From: a virus
IMG/VR virus record: IMGVR_UViG_3300018933_000001
Location: 82,538 to 146,537 of that record
Length of the DNA stretch: 64,000 nucleotides
Direction: 5' to 3' (one strand)
The position numbers were made by a program, and so were the translations under genes. Below are positions 43,527-54,264 of this stretch, in pieces (positions within the stretch are counted from its first letter, which is position 1; every line of letters begins with the position of its first letter). Below the pieces are notes generated by a model. The model did no database searches, was not told the origin of the DNA, and saw only the letters and a list, made by a program, of their open reading frames with translations.

Positions 43527-44091
43527 AAGTTAAAGTAAATCCTTCAGGGGTGAGAATAGGTCTAGTAGTAGGTTTAGTTACTTTATCTATTGTTTTCTCT
43601 CCACTCATTTGTCCCGTATATTGTAGAGGTAAGTAGATAAGTCCTTTTCGGATTGTGTAACCTATATTGTAGTTCTCAGTTTCAGGTCTTACATAGTCTA
43701 TTACTTCTACAAACTTCTTTTCTTTAATTGCATCTTTGGCTATCTTGTCTAAAGAAACCATAATGTCAGTTAATGTATAGTCAAATTGAGCTGTAAAGCC
43801 CTTTCTTATTAGTGAGTATTTAACATAAGAACCTGAACCAGTAGGAGCCATTCTAGTAGCTTCCCCTTCAATAGTTACTTGATACGCATTAGGCTCAAGA
43901 AATAAACAGATATAAGATTTACCTCTAATAGTGTAGAGAACTTCTTTACCTATATCTGTCCCAGCTAATAGATTCTTTTCATTTAAGAAACATAACTTAC
44001 GAGTAAAAGGAAAACATTTAGTTAGGTCGTCTTCTCTACCGTGTTGTCCTAATATAACAGGGTCATCTATATCAATGAATTTGTTTACCAC
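43498..44091 (-). CDS. Putative distal tail protein
   Basis: Coupled directly after the tape measure gene; position only. Confidence 0.5.
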   Translation of the reverse strand: MVNKFIDIDDPVILGQHGREDDLTKCFPFTRKLCFLNEKNLLAGTDIGKEVLYTIRGKSYICLFLEPNAYQVTIEGEATRMAPTGSGSYVKYSLIRKGFTAQFDYTLTDIMVSLDKIAKDAIKEKKFVEVIDYVRPETENYNIGYTIRKGLIYLPLQYTGQMSGEKTIDKVTKPTTRPILTPEGFTLTFTENSYRMG

Positions 44092-47000
44092 TACTTCTGT
44101 CTCCTTCTTATTTTTTCAGTTAAGTCATACAAATGCTTGTTAATATCTACTCCTACATTCTTATCCCCTCCACCAGTCACGTTAATAGGAGAAGTAATAT
44201 TTACATTACCACCTTTCTCGATATGTTCCTCAATCTTATCTATCAACTGCTCAATAGACTTTTGTAACTTATCATTATCTTTCTGTTCTTCTTTGTATCT
44301 AATATCAGCTTCTTTCTTTTTAGCTATATTGCTCTTATCTACTGATAACTTAAAGTTAGTAATAGCTTCCCTAATAGTTCTCAGTGAGTCAGGTACTATT
44401 TCTCCTTTCTTAGGCTTAGGAGGCTCAACTACTTTCTTACCTTTGAGAGTTATACCAGTAATAGAATTAGTAGCAGTAGTAACGTTTTTACCTATGTTCT
44501 TTACACTTACCTCTATTAGTTTATTAAGTGTCTTACTATTAGTATTGAAAGTCTTAATAAGTGACTGAGTATCTAATCCTAATTTCTTAGTAATAGACTT
44601 CTCTGCTTTATCAATAGATTTACTTAGGTTATATATAGAACTAGCGGTACTATCTTTCTTAGTAGTATCATTATCTCTATTAGTACCTGAACTTGTAGTA
44701 ACACCTCTACCTAACCCACCAATCCCAGGGATGTTAGTAGGTGAGATATTATTTTTGGGTTGAGTATCTGTACTTAAAGCTTTAGTTAAGTTAGTAGTAG
44801 GTATCTCCTCAATAGGTGGACGTGACCTCATTGAGTCAGTGAACTCTTTAAGTATCTTCTCTACTTGTGATTGATTAGTAGAGGTTAGGTTGTTACTTCC
44901 TATACTTCTCTCATCTAACTCTCGGAATCTTTGAGCTTTACCTCTTACTTGACTATCATCAGCAGTATTAGTAGTAGTTTGTGCAACTGCCATCTCGGCT
45001 TGTAGTCTTTGGTTTCTTTGGTTACGAGCATTGATTAATTCTTTATTCTTTTCTGATTGTTCCTCTATTTTAGATACTTCAATAGCTAACTCTTTATTTG
45101 CTTTAGCTGCTAAGATACCTTGTTCTGCTGATTCCACTGCTAATCTAGCTGCTAACTTCTCTTCATCTGTAGCGTCTTTTCTAGCGTTAGTTCTAGCTTC
45201 TTCTGCTTTAGACATTGCAAGAGCTTGCTTAGCATTAATTTCTGCAATAGTTAACTCTACTTTCTGTCTTTCTCTTACAATCTTATTCTTAGCTTTTTCT
45301 AGATTAAAACTCTCATTCTCCATTTTCTGTTGGAGTTCTAAATAAGTTAGTTTGTCTTGAGCTTGTTCTCTAGCTAACTTATCTTTAGTCAAATCAGATT
45401 TAGCCATTGACTGTTCGATTCCGTAAAGAGTATCAATAGAACTCAAAGTAGAATCCATCAATTCCTTTCTACTATTTAATAGAGAAATCTGAGTATCGTA
45501 AGCTTTAGTTAACAAATCACCAATAACTTTCTCTTTATTTGCATTAGCTTCTATTAGAGTTCCTTTCATCTTGAGTTGAGAGAGTTGTTTCTCGTAACCT
45601 GCAATGATTAGACCTTGCTTAGCTTGTTCTACATCTAAAGCACTATTCTTTTGAGCTAAATCTTGCTGTTGTCTAACTACTTTAAGTTGGTTGCTACTAA
45701 TCTCAGCTTGGTTAGATATCTGAGTATTAATAAGGTCTTCACTTTTACCTAAAACACCATATTGGTCATTAATAGAATCAAGTTGTAACTGTAAAGCTTC
45801 TATTGCTGCTGAGTCTAACTTGTTTAGTTTAGCTTTTCTCAGTTCTGCTTCTGTTTGCAATCTACTTCTATCAAGTTCTAACTTATTAAGATTAATTTGA
45901 ATCTTTTCTCTTTCTAAAGCAGCTTCATTAATTAAGGCGTTATTTTTGATAGAGTTAATTTCTAGTTCTTGACTTTCTAACAGAGCTTTCTGTTTCATCT
46001 CTGCTATTTGAACGTCAATTTTAGCTCTTTTCTCAACATCTCCAGTTGACCTTTTAGTTAGTTCCAACAAACCAACTTGATAGTCTGAAGTAGCTTTAAT
46101 AACAGAGCTTCTAGAATCTTCAAGTTTAATTTGTTCTTGAAGTTCTTTACTAAGAGCATCGCTAGAATTTAACTGCCTAGTAACAGATTGTTTCTGAGCT
46201 TCTATTGAGTTGTTTTGAGTTTTAGTAATCCTATCAATATCTCGAATAGCTTTGTCAACTACTGTCTTCTGATAATCTACTTGAAGCTGAGATAGATTCT
46301 TCAGTATCTCTAAATATTCCTTACTTCCTTTTTGGTAAAACTTAAGTTGTTTAGTAAAAGATTCTTGCTGCAACAGATTAACTTTCTGTGATGACACAGT
46401 TAATTTGTCTTCAAAAGCTTCTCTACGAAGGTTTCCGCTGAGCAGTTTCTTTTCTAACTCAATATTTGTAATATCAATCTTAACTTTCTTGAAATCTAGA
46501 GAGTTTTGAATTAAGTTCTTCTCCTTATCTAAAGTCTGTTTTCTAAGATTATTTAGTTCTCTTTGTAAGTTAGCTTCAAGAACAAGTCTCTCTTTACTAC
46601 CTTCTTTATAAAGAGACATTTGCTTTTTAATAGATTCTATAGTAAGTTGAGTTTGCTTTATTTTACTTTCTTCTACTATTTTGAGTTCTTGTTCAGTAGC
46701 ACCATTAATTAAGCTAGCTTCTTTAAGAGCTACTTGTTTATCTAATTTATTTCTTGCATCTTCAAGTTGAGATTCTAGCTTTTCTTTTTTATTACCAAAC
46801 TCAATCTTTTGCAATTTAGTTATTTCTTGAGTTAGTTGAGCTTCTAAAGCTAATCTTTCTTTGCTTCCTAACTTGTAAGTGGCTAATTGTTTTTGGATAG
46901 ATTGAATTACGATTTGAGTTTCTTTTACTTTGATTTCACGAATCTTTTCTAAGTCTTTCTCAAAGGTTCCTCCAATAGTAGAACGTTCCAGTAAAGATGA

Positions 47001-50000
47001 GATTTTACTAATCTTAGTTTTCTCTAAAGAGATTTCTTCATCTATTAGGTCTCTCTTGTTAGCTACTCTTTGTTTATCTAACTTAAGTAGTTCTTCTCTC
47101 AACGCTCTTTCTAAATCTTTACGTTCTTTACTTCCTGCTTTAGTAAGATTAATTTGTTGTTTGATTCCCTCAATAGTTATTTGTATTTCTTCTTCTTTAG
47201 ATGCACGAACTTTCTTAGAATCTTCAGTGGAAGTTCCAAGTACCATTAATTTTTCTAGTTGAAGCTGACTGTCTTTAAAAGCTTTCTTTTTGTCGTCTAG
47301 CTGACTTTGAAGTCTTGACTTCTGATTTTCGTATACTTGTTTGTCTAACTGCAAAGTTGCTCTGGCTATTTCTTGTTCTAAAGCAATTCTTTCTTTACTA
47401 CCTGCTTGATATAACTTACTTCTTTCTGTAAGACTTTCAATAGTAGAACTAATTTCTTCTTCTTTTAACTTTCTGCTAGCCTCAATATCTTCATCAGTAG
47501 AACCTCTAATAGAATTCTTCTCTAACTCAGTTTGTTTAGATTCTAAGAGTTTCTTTCTATCTTCTAAAGATTGTTCTAGTCTATCTCTATCTTGTTTATT
47601 TTCAGTTTCGCTTAAAGATATTTGTGCTTCAGATAGCTGTTTCTGAATTTCTAAGAACTTTTCACTTCCTTCTTTTTCCAAGCCAAGTCTAGCTTCTAAC
47701 GATTTAATGTTAAGAGCAATCTTATCTTTCTCTAATTTTCTAGTTGCTTCTATCTCATCTTTGCTAGAACCATCAATAGCATTTTTACGAGCTTCTAATT
47801 CTCTTTTACCTAAATCGTTAGTTTGTAGCTTAAATTGTTCTTCTATTCTCTTTCTATTAATTTCTAAGATATTTAAGTTAAAGTCTTTCTCATCAGACTC
47901 CATAGATTTACGAATAGCTTTGATAGCTTTAGCATTTTTAACCTCGTCTTTTAATAGTTCAGTCAACATTTTCTGTTTTTCTGCTAGTTGAATATCGTAA
48001 AGTGTTCTAGAATCTTTTAGTTCTTCTTCTATATATTGACGACGAGTAATATTTCCTAACTCTAAATCTTTCTTTAGATTGTCAAACCTTTCTTTACTTT
48101 GAGCTTTAGCAATTTCAACAGGATTAGTAGACTTTTGACTTGAGAGATTAAGTTCGAGAGATTCTAATTCAGCTTTAGCTTTAACTACTTGAGGAGCAGA
48201 TTCTTTATAAAGTGTCAACAATCTAGCTAACTCAATCTTTTTATTCTTAATATTTTCTTCAGAAGTCTGAATATTGAGTTTGTTGATTTGCTCAATATAA
48301 TCAGTTTCTAGTAAAAATCCATATTTCTTCTGTTGTTCAAGAGCAGAAGTTTCCATCCCAATATAGCTAATTCGTTGTTCAGAAGCAGCTTTTTCATAAC
48401 CAATAAGAGTTTCAGTAAGGTCTTTATAAGCAGCCGGAGTGACTTTCCCCTTCATCTGGTTGTAGACATTCTCAAACTTCTTGGCAACTTCTTCGCTTGT
48501 AGCTTCTCCACTTTCTGCTACTGCATTGAGAGATTCTACAAATCCACCTAGATTAGCCTCAAATTTATTAAAATCTATTGAGTCTGCTGTAAGAGCTTTT
48601 TCAGTTTCTACTCCTATTTCTTTAAGAGCTGTTAGAATCTGGTCTTTATTCTTACCCGTAATAGCAGTTTTTAATTTCTCTAGTTGTTCAGATTTAATCT
48701 CGCTTTCTACTTGACCCAACTCTTTTAATCCCTCAGTAAGGTCTAATGTTCCATTTAAAGCCTCTTTAGTGAACTTTTCAGTAGAAGACGTAACATAAGT
48801 ATTAAGACCCTTAGAAGATGATTCTAAAGCGTTTAGGAAAGACTGTAAATCTGTTTCTGCTAACCTAAGAGATTTCTTAAGAGAAGTAGAGAACTGAGTA
48901 GCCCCAACATCGTCTTTCGTAGTAGATAGAAACTGTCTCTTCTTCTCTTGATACTTGTCTGATAAAACGCTAAAGTCAGCTAAATCTTTTTCTAAGTCTT
49001 TTAAGTTTATTAATTTGATTTGACCTTCAGATTCTTCATAGCTCTTACGCATTTTATTAGCAAGAACAGATAAGTCTTTAGGTATCTCTACTCCTGCCTC
49101 AGTTAACGCATCTCTAGTTTCTTTAAGACCTAAAACTTGTTCTAAAGAGTATTTCTTACCATCTATTTCTTTACCTTGAAGAACTGTTTCGATAGATTTA
49201 AGAACTGTATCTGGTAGTTTAGAAAGAACTTTACCATCTTGGTCTACTTTATAGATTTCTCCACCAAGACCTTTCAAAGTAGCTTTTACACTTAAACTAC
49301 CATCTTTAAGGTCAGATAAGAACTGTTTGGATTTAGTAGCAGAATCTTTAATAGAAGAAGAGTAAATGTCTAACCCTTCTGAAATATTAGTGTTAAGAGC
49401 AGTTTGAGAAGAGTTAACTTGTCCTTGAAGAGTTTTGATTTCTTCTAATGATACTTGTGCGTTGCTAAACTTATTTTCTCTGTCTAGTAGAAGATTACGA
49501 GCTTCATAATATTTAAGTTGGTCTTCAAATTGTTTCTTACTTACTTCTATTATTTTTTCTCTTCTTGAGATTTCAGATTCTAGTAAAGCAATTTGTTGTT
49601 TATCTCTATCGGTTAATTTATCACCTTTACCTTTTAGTTCTTCTAACGCTTTCTTTTGAATATCTGTCATTGACTGGAACGATTCAATTCTAGTGGTATT
49701 AGCAGCTTTCTCTCGCTCTAAATCCTCACCAGTCAAAATCATTCTGGCTTTAATCTTTTGGTTAGAAGTTTCAGTTAATAGATTGCCATTAGCTAATTCT
49801 TTATTTTGTCCTCTAAGAGCTAACTCATAAGTCTGAATAAAGTCAGATACTTGAGACATTTTAGCGGTTCTCTTAATGAACTCTCCATCTGAAAAACTGT
49901 TCCAGATTGTAGGTAAAAGTTTTGTAAGTGTTCCTCCAATATCTACAAAATTTAAAAGAGCTTTACCTGCATCTTTAATACTATTTCCAATAGAATCCCA

Positions 50001-53000
50001 TAATGTAGGTTCAAGACTAGCTTGTAGTTTAGAAGCTGCTTCTAGTCTATCACTAAATTTATTAAGTCCTTGGACGCTATTATCGAAAGAAATATTAGCT
50101 CTGTCGAATTTAGTAGCTGACTCTTCTAAAGTAATATTAAACTCTCTATAAGTTTCATCTAACTTTCTAGATTCAGATTCTACTTGGATTAATTTAGCTA
50201 GCAACATTCCTGCACCAGCAATTAGCAATCCAATACCTGTAGATATAAATGCAGCTTTAATAGATTCTGCTGATAATCCCGCAGCGTTAGCGATAGATGC
50301 AAATTTAGTTTTAGCACTATCAGCCATACTAGAAAAACTTCTAGCAGCTACAGTTCCTACTTGACCTAAATTACTTCTTAAATCTATAGCAGTATTTCTT
50401 AAATTGACTTGTGCATCGTTAAAAGCTTTTGTAGGGTTTTTAAGAGCATTTAACCCTCTACCAATACCTTCATAACTAGATATTAAACCTCTATTAAAAG
50501 CTGTATTTTTAAAAGCAACTGTTCCTGACCTAGTTCTTAACTCAATAAGAGAGCCTTCTGCTAGTCCTTGCTCTCTAGTTAAATCTCTAAGTTTAGTATT
50601 AGCTTCTTTCTCTGCTTTGTTAGCGTCTTTCCTAGCTTGTTGGTTTGTTACTTTAGCTTTTTGAACAGCTATTTGTTGACTAGCTTCTTCTTCTTGGAGA
50701 GCTATTACTTTTTTTAACTGTTCTTGATATTCTGCACTATCCTTATTACGGATTTTATCTAAATTAGCTTGTTCTTTTCTTAAATTGTTTTGTACTTGAT
50801 AAAGACGTTCTTGTTGACCTTTAAATGCAATATCTACTCTGTCCGCTGTAGCTTTCTTAGTATTTAAATCCTGTTGAAGAATAGCTAAATCTGTAGTAGC
50901 CTTAGTTACTCTATTGAGTCTCTCAGTTTGGTTAGTTTTAGCTGCTTCTAACTTTTCTGCTTCTTTTATTACTGCGTTATTAGCTTCTTGAAGTTTTTGT
51001 TTCTGTGTTAGTAGAACTAATTCTTCTTGGTCAATTTTAGAAGTTAAGTTTTTACTAGCATCTTTCAGAGAAGATTTTTCTCTATCTATTAGAGGATTTC
51101 TATTTTTCTGCTTCTCTTTTTCTTTTTCTAAAGTTTCTAGTTCTTTTAAACGTAAGGCAGCTAAATCTTCAAAGTCTTTCTCAGTTTTTTGACTTTTACT
51201 TTTAATAGCTTCTTTCTGTTTTTCTAAATCTTCTAGTTGTTTAAGTGTAGTTTTAGAGTACGTATCTTGTAACCTAATTTTTTCTTGATTAATTTGTTCT
51301 AATTGACGCTTTTCTTTTTCTCCAATATCCTTCTGTCTTATTAGAGCTTCTTGTGCATTTAGTTCTTGTAGTTTTTGATATCTAACAATATTCTCCTTAT
51401 CATCTTCTAAGCGAGTATCTATATCAGATTTAAGATTTTTAGTATTAAATATTTTACCTTCAGTCTCTGTAACTTGAGTTTGAATATCACTACTTTTAGA
51501 TTTCTTCTTATTCAGAGATTCTTCTACGTTACTAACTCTTTCTTGACCTTTAATAATAGATGTGTCACGAGCAACAATTGCGTCTATCTCTTTTTGAACA
51601 GCAGATATTGATGTAGCTCTTTCTGTGCTAGTCTTACCAATTGAGTTTACTAGCTCTTTTTCTAAAGTAGTAGAATTAGCAATTGCTTTATTAATCCTGT
51701 CTTGGCTGAGTAATCTTTGTTGGTCTATCCCTAATACTTGTTTTCCAATAGCTACTAAACCTTGATTGGAAGTATAAAGGTCTTTAATTACTCCTGCTTC
51801 TTTTCTTAAGTCTTTAAACCCGTTAGTAAGTCCTCCGAGAACTAAGCCAAAAGCTCTGAAGCTGAGTAAAGTACCTACAATACTGAGAAAGGTTTTGCTA
51901 ATAGCCCCAAGAACACCAGTAATTTTATTTAACGTATCAAAGAATGCTACTGACTTTTCTGCTATCTGGATAAGAGGTTCTTTAAAAGTAACTAATAATT
52001 CCTTATAAGTCTCTACTGAAGATATTCCTTCTTCACTTCTTTTTTGGAAAGCTTTCCCAAACGCAATCATTATCTCATCGTAAGAGTTAGTGATTTGTTC
52101 CATTTTGGCTTGAGAGGATTTAGTAGCACCGTCAAAAGCTTCTGTTAAATTTTCAGATGTTACTTGACTAATATCTTCAATAGATTTCTTAGCAAGCTTA
52201 CCGTTTTGAGCTAATACTTTCATTGCAAAGTTAAAAGCATTAGTTTCGTTATACACTTCTTTAATCTTTTCGGTGTTATAACCGACTGCTTCTGCAAAAT
52301 CTACTATTCCTTGAACTACTCCTTTTCTGCCAAAGTATTCTTGATTAAGGGTAATTGCTTTACCTTGTGCATCTACTAAACCTTCCAAAGCTTTCATTGC
52401 TTCAGGAGTTTTACCAATAGTATTTCTAGCAAAAGCTTGCATCTCAGTAGAAATATCAGTAACTTTTCCACCTAACTTAGTAAACGCAACTACTAAACCT
52501 TGAGTCTCGTTAACTAGGTCTTTAGTACCAATACCTGCATTTTTAAGAGAAGAGTACATATCACTGATATACTCAGTCATATCCCCTACAGTAGTAAGAC
52601 CGAGTTGTTCAGTAGCCAACCATTTAGCAGTTACTTCTTCTAATTCTGCAATATCCTTAGTTTCGAGAATACCTGCACCTTTACCAATAGCTCCACCGAT
52701 TTGGAATAAGTCACTTCCCGGAGCAGCTTTATTAGCTTTAATTGCAAGGTTAACTACATCTTGGTTTTGTTGAAATTCTGTAAAGCCAGCACTAGCAGCT
52801 TGATAGGCAGCATTCAAAGCAGTGAGAGAACTAACACTATTTTTTAGATTCTTCTCTAAACCATTTTGTAGTGCATCCCCATATTCAGATAATCTTTCTT
52901 GAGATAATCCAAATACAATATTGACTTCATTTAGTTTTTGTTCAAAGGTATTATAAGCAAGGGTAGACTTAGTAGTAAATTGCTCTATTGCTTCTGTATT

Positions 53001-53456
53001 ACCAGTTATTACTGCTCCTATTTCGTTAAAACTGTTGACCAAAGGACTAGCATCGTAACCACTAGCAGCCATGAGATTAAGACCGCGATTGGTAGTTTCT
53101 AACGCATTTTTAACTTCAAAAATTCCTCCTAGAACAGTATCAAAATATACTTTAGCTTGAGTAATATTTGTATAAGCAGTAAAAGCAGCAAAACTTAACC
53201 CAACAGTTTTTGTTAGTCCTTGGGTAGCTTTATTTAATGTAAGAGTAGTTTTAGTTAGATTTTCATATTCTACTAAAAGTTTTCCTACTACCTTTTGATT
53301 AGCGGTTATCTCAGTAGACGAACCTTTAAAACCTTGATTAAAGAGTTTGATAGTTTTTTCACCCATCTCCTTCATAGACTTTTGAGTCTTTTCTAGAAAC
53401 TGAGTAAATTTATCGTCACCTTCTACATTAAACTTAATATTGCTTGCAGTATCCAT
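44091..53456 (-). CDS. Tail tape measure protein
   Basis: 3121 aa, helical and coiled-coil, TP901-like core (FEQKLNEV..AYQAASAGF..TEQLGLTT), hydrophobic segments, downstream of the frameshifted chaperone. Confidence 0.95.
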   Translation of the reverse strand: MDTASNIKFNVEGDDKFTQFLEKTQKSMKEMGEKTIKLFNQGFKGSSTEITANQKVVGKLLVEYENLTKTTLTLNKATQGLTKTVGLSFAAFTAYTNITQAKVYFDTVLGGIFEVKNALETTNRGLNLMAASGYDASPLVNSFNEIGAVITGNTEAIEQFTTKSTLAYNTFEQKLNEVNIVFGLSQERLSEYGDALQNGLEKNLKNSVSSLTALNAAYQAASAGFTEFQQNQDVVNLAIKANKAAPGSDLFQIGGAIGKGAGILETKDIAELEEVTAKWLATEQLGLTTVGDMTEYISDMYSSLKNAGIGTKDLVNETQGLVVAFTKLGGKVTDISTEMQAFARNTIGKTPEAMKALEGLVDAQGKAITLNQEYFGRKGVVQGIVDFAEAVGYNTEKIKEVYNETNAFNFAMKVLAQNGKLAKKSIEDISQVTSENLTEAFDGATKSSQAKMEQITNSYDEIMIAFGKAFQKRSEEGISSVETYKELLVTFKEPLIQIAEKSVAFFDTLNKITGVLGAISKTFLSIVGTLLSFRAFGLVLGGLTNGFKDLRKEAGVIKDLYTSNQGLVAIGKQVLGIDQQRLLSQDRINKAIANSTTLEKELVNSIGKTSTERATSISAVQKEIDAIVARDTSIIKGQERVSNVEESLNKKKSKSSDIQTQVTETEGKIFNTKNLKSDIDTRLEDDKENIVRYQKLQELNAQEALIRQKDIGEKEKRQLEQINQEKIRLQDTYSKTTLKQLEDLEKQKEAIKSKSQKTEKDFEDLAALRLKELETLEKEKEKQKNRNPLIDREKSSLKDASKNLTSKIDQEELVLLTQKQKLQEANNAVIKEAEKLEAAKTNQTERLNRVTKATTDLAILQQDLNTKKATADRVDIAFKGQQERLYQVQNNLRKEQANLDKIRNKDSAEYQEQLKKVIALQEEEASQQIAVQKAKVTNQQARKDANKAEKEANTKLRDLTREQGLAEGSLIELRTRSGTVAFKNTAFNRGLISSYEGIGRGLNALKNPTKAFNDAQVNLRNTAIDLRSNLGQVGTVAARSFSSMADSAKTKFASIANAAGLSAESIKAAFISTGIGLLIAGAGMLLAKLIQVESESRKLDETYREFNITLEESATKFDRANISFDNSVQGLNKFSDRLEAASKLQASLEPTLWDSIGNSIKDAGKALLNFVDIGGTLTKLLPTIWNSFSDGEFIKRTAKMSQVSDFIQTYELALRGQNKELANGNLLTETSNQKIKARMILTGEDLEREKAANTTRIESFQSMTDIQKKALEELKGKGDKLTDRDKQQIALLESEISRREKIIEVSKKQFEDQLKYYEARNLLLDRENKFSNAQVSLEEIKTLQGQVNSSQTALNTNISEGLDIYSSSIKDSATKSKQFLSDLKDGSLSVKATLKGLGGEIYKVDQDGKVLSKLPDTVLKSIETVLQGKEIDGKKYSLEQVLGLKETRDALTEAGVEIPKDLSVLANKMRKSYEESEGQIKLINLKDLEKDLADFSVLSDKYQEKKRQFLSTTKDDVGATQFSTSLKKSLRLAETDLQSFLNALESSSKGLNTYVTSSTEKFTKEALNGTLDLTEGLKELGQVESEIKSEQLEKLKTAITGKNKDQILTALKEIGVETEKALTADSIDFNKFEANLGGFVESLNAVAESGEATSEEVAKKFENVYNQMKGKVTPAAYKDLTETLIGYEKAASEQRISYIGMETSALEQQKKYGFLLETDYIEQINKLNIQTSEENIKNKKIELARLLTLYKESAPQVVKAKAELESLELNLSSQKSTNPVEIAKAQSKERFDNLKKDLELGNITRRQYIEEELKDSRTLYDIQLAEKQKMLTELLKDEVKNAKAIKAIRKSMESDEKDFNLNILEINRKRIEEQFKLQTNDLGKRELEARKNAIDGSSKDEIEATRKLEKDKIALNIKSLEARLGLEKEGSEKFLEIQKQLSEAQISLSETENKQDRDRLEQSLEDRKKLLESKQTELEKNSIRGSTDEDIEASRKLKEEEISSTIESLTERSKLYQAGSKERIALEQEIARATLQLDKQVYENQKSRLQSQLDDKKKAFKDSQLQLEKLMVLGTSTEDSKKVRASKEEEIQITIEGIKQQINLTKAGSKERKDLERALREELLKLDKQRVANKRDLIDEEISLEKTKISKISSLLERSTIGGTFEKDLEKIREIKVKETQIVIQSIQKQLATYKLGSKERLALEAQLTQEITKLQKIEFGNKKEKLESQLEDARNKLDKQVALKEASLINGATEQELKIVEESKIKQTQLTIESIKKQMSLYKEGSKERLVLEANLQRELNNLRKQTLDKEKNLIQNSLDFKKVKIDITNIELEKKLLSGNLRREAFEDKLTVSSQKVNLLQQESFTKQLKFYQKGSKEYLEILKNLSQLQVDYQKTVVDKAIRDIDRITKTQNNSIEAQKQSVTRQLNSSDALSKELQEQIKLEDSRSSVIKATSDYQVGLLELTKRSTGDVEKRAKIDVQIAEMKQKALLESQELEINSIKNNALINEAALEREKIQINLNKLELDRSRLQTEAELRKAKLNKLDSAAIEALQLQLDSINDQYGVLGKSEDLINTQISNQAEISSNQLKVVRQQQDLAQKNSALDVEQAKQGLIIAGYEKQLSQLKMKGTLIEANANKEKVIGDLLTKAYDTQISLLNSRKELMDSTLSSIDTLYGIEQSMAKSDLTKDKLAREQAQDKLTYLELQQKMENESFNLEKAKNKIVRERQKVELTIAEINAKQALAMSKAEEARTNARKDATDEEKLAARLAVESAEQGILAAKANKELAIEVSKIEEQSEKNKELINARNQRNQRLQAEMAVAQTTTNTADDSQVRGKAQRFRELDERSIGSNNLTSTNQSQVEKILKEFTDSMRSRPPIEEIPTTNLTKALSTDTQPKNNISPTNIPGIGGLGRGVTTSSGTNRDNDTTKKDSTASSIYNLSKSIDKAEKSITKKLGLDTQSLIKTFNTNSKTLNKLIEVSVKNIGKNVTTATNSITGITLKGKKVVEPPKPKKGEIVPDSLRTIREAITNFKLSVDKSNIAKKKEADIRYKEEQKDNDKLQKSIEQLIDKIEEHIEKGGNVNITSPINVTGGGDKNVGVDINKHLYDLTEKIRRRQK
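46300..47900 (-). repeat. Six degenerate ~89-aa (267-bp) repeats in the tape measure gene
   Basis: GS(K/E) motifs with their Gly region at about 47668, 47401, 47134, 46867, 46600 and 46327 (spacing 267, 267, 267, 267, 273). Confidence 0.85.
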
Positions 53457-53467
53457 TATTTCTTATA

Positions 53468-53821
53468 CTATTCCGGAGTAATTTCAAAGTTAAGAAGATT
53501 GTTAGCTGAGACTACTTGCCCACCAATAGCAATACCTCCTTGAAGTCCTTTTTCTTCTTTAAGTTCATTATATTTTTGAACTGCTAATTCTTTATCTCTC
53601 TCTTCTTGAGGGCGTAGGTGTTCAAGAGTCTGACCAATAAGTAAGTTAATAGATTCTTTATCCAGTTTCTCCCAAATATCTTGTATTGGATTAATTGGGT
53701 ACTCTCTATAAACTTCTAGTAGTAGAGCTAACTCATCTATAGAAGTATCACCACTACTAGGAATTGGTGCGTTTAGTCTTTCTTCTCTACTTCCTTTATC
53801 TGTTTCTCGGCTATCTTTCCC
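53468..53821 (-). CDS. Tail assembly chaperone -1 frameshift extension (gpT-like)
   Basis: Entered from the upstream ORF at G GGA AAG; fusion of about 261 aa. Confidence 0.85.
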   Translation of the reverse strand, partial: GKDSRETDKGSREERLNAPIPSSGDTSIDELALLLEVYREYPINPIQDIWEKLDKESINLLIGQTLEHLRPQEERDKELAVQKYNELKEEKGLQGGIAIGGQVVSANNLLNFEITPE

Positions 53822-54252
53822 AAGGTTTCTTTCCAATAACCCCCAAAATTTAATTGATGAAGCTCAGAAATAAGAGAAGGTTTCCATTCTACACTTGTAC
53901 CATCTTCGTTTTCTTCAAATGTCCCATCATCTTTCATACTTTGAGTCATAAAGATTCTACAAATCTGCTCTAAATCATCTACAATTTCCTCTAAGTCAAA
54001 ACCTTTTTCTTTTTTACCTAAGACATTGAGATTATTAGCAAGAGTCTTTAGATTCTCCCAGTTATTACTATTACGAATGATTTCTCCTACGTTACCATTA
54101 GATTCAATAAAATTTAGCAATACTTCTTTTTGTAGTTCTACTAATATGTCCAAATCACTTCGAGTAGAACGTTGTACAATATAAGTCTTATCTACTTTGT
54201 ATTCATCTGTGTTTTGGTCGTAACTTTTAATTTGAATTTTAAAGTTCTTCAT
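53773..54252 (-). CDS. Tail assembly chaperone (gpG-like)
   Basis: Between the tail tube and tape measure genes; contains an in-frame slippery heptamer. Confidence 0.85.
   Translation of the reverse strand: MKNFKIQIKSYDQNTDEYKVDKTYIVQRSTRSDLDILVELQKEVLLNFIESNGNVGEIIRNSNNWENLKTLANNLNVLGKKEKGFDLEEIVDDLEQICRIFMTQSMKDDGTFEENEDGTSVEWKPSLISELHQLNFGGYWKETLGKIAEKQIKEVEKKD
53815..53821 (-). promoter_or_regulatory. Programmed -1 ribosomal frameshift site GGGAAAG
   Basis: TTG GGA AAG, the same heptamer and phase as lambda G-T. Confidence 0.88.
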
Positions 54253-54264
54253 CGAGGTCTAAGT

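Noticed and set aside
44137-50151. Plus-strand ORFs inside the tape measure gene (44137, 45031, 46930, 47707, 48333, 48481, 49876)
   Set aside because: S/L/F-rich antisense shadows of a K/E-rich coiled-coil gene, with no RBS or motifs.
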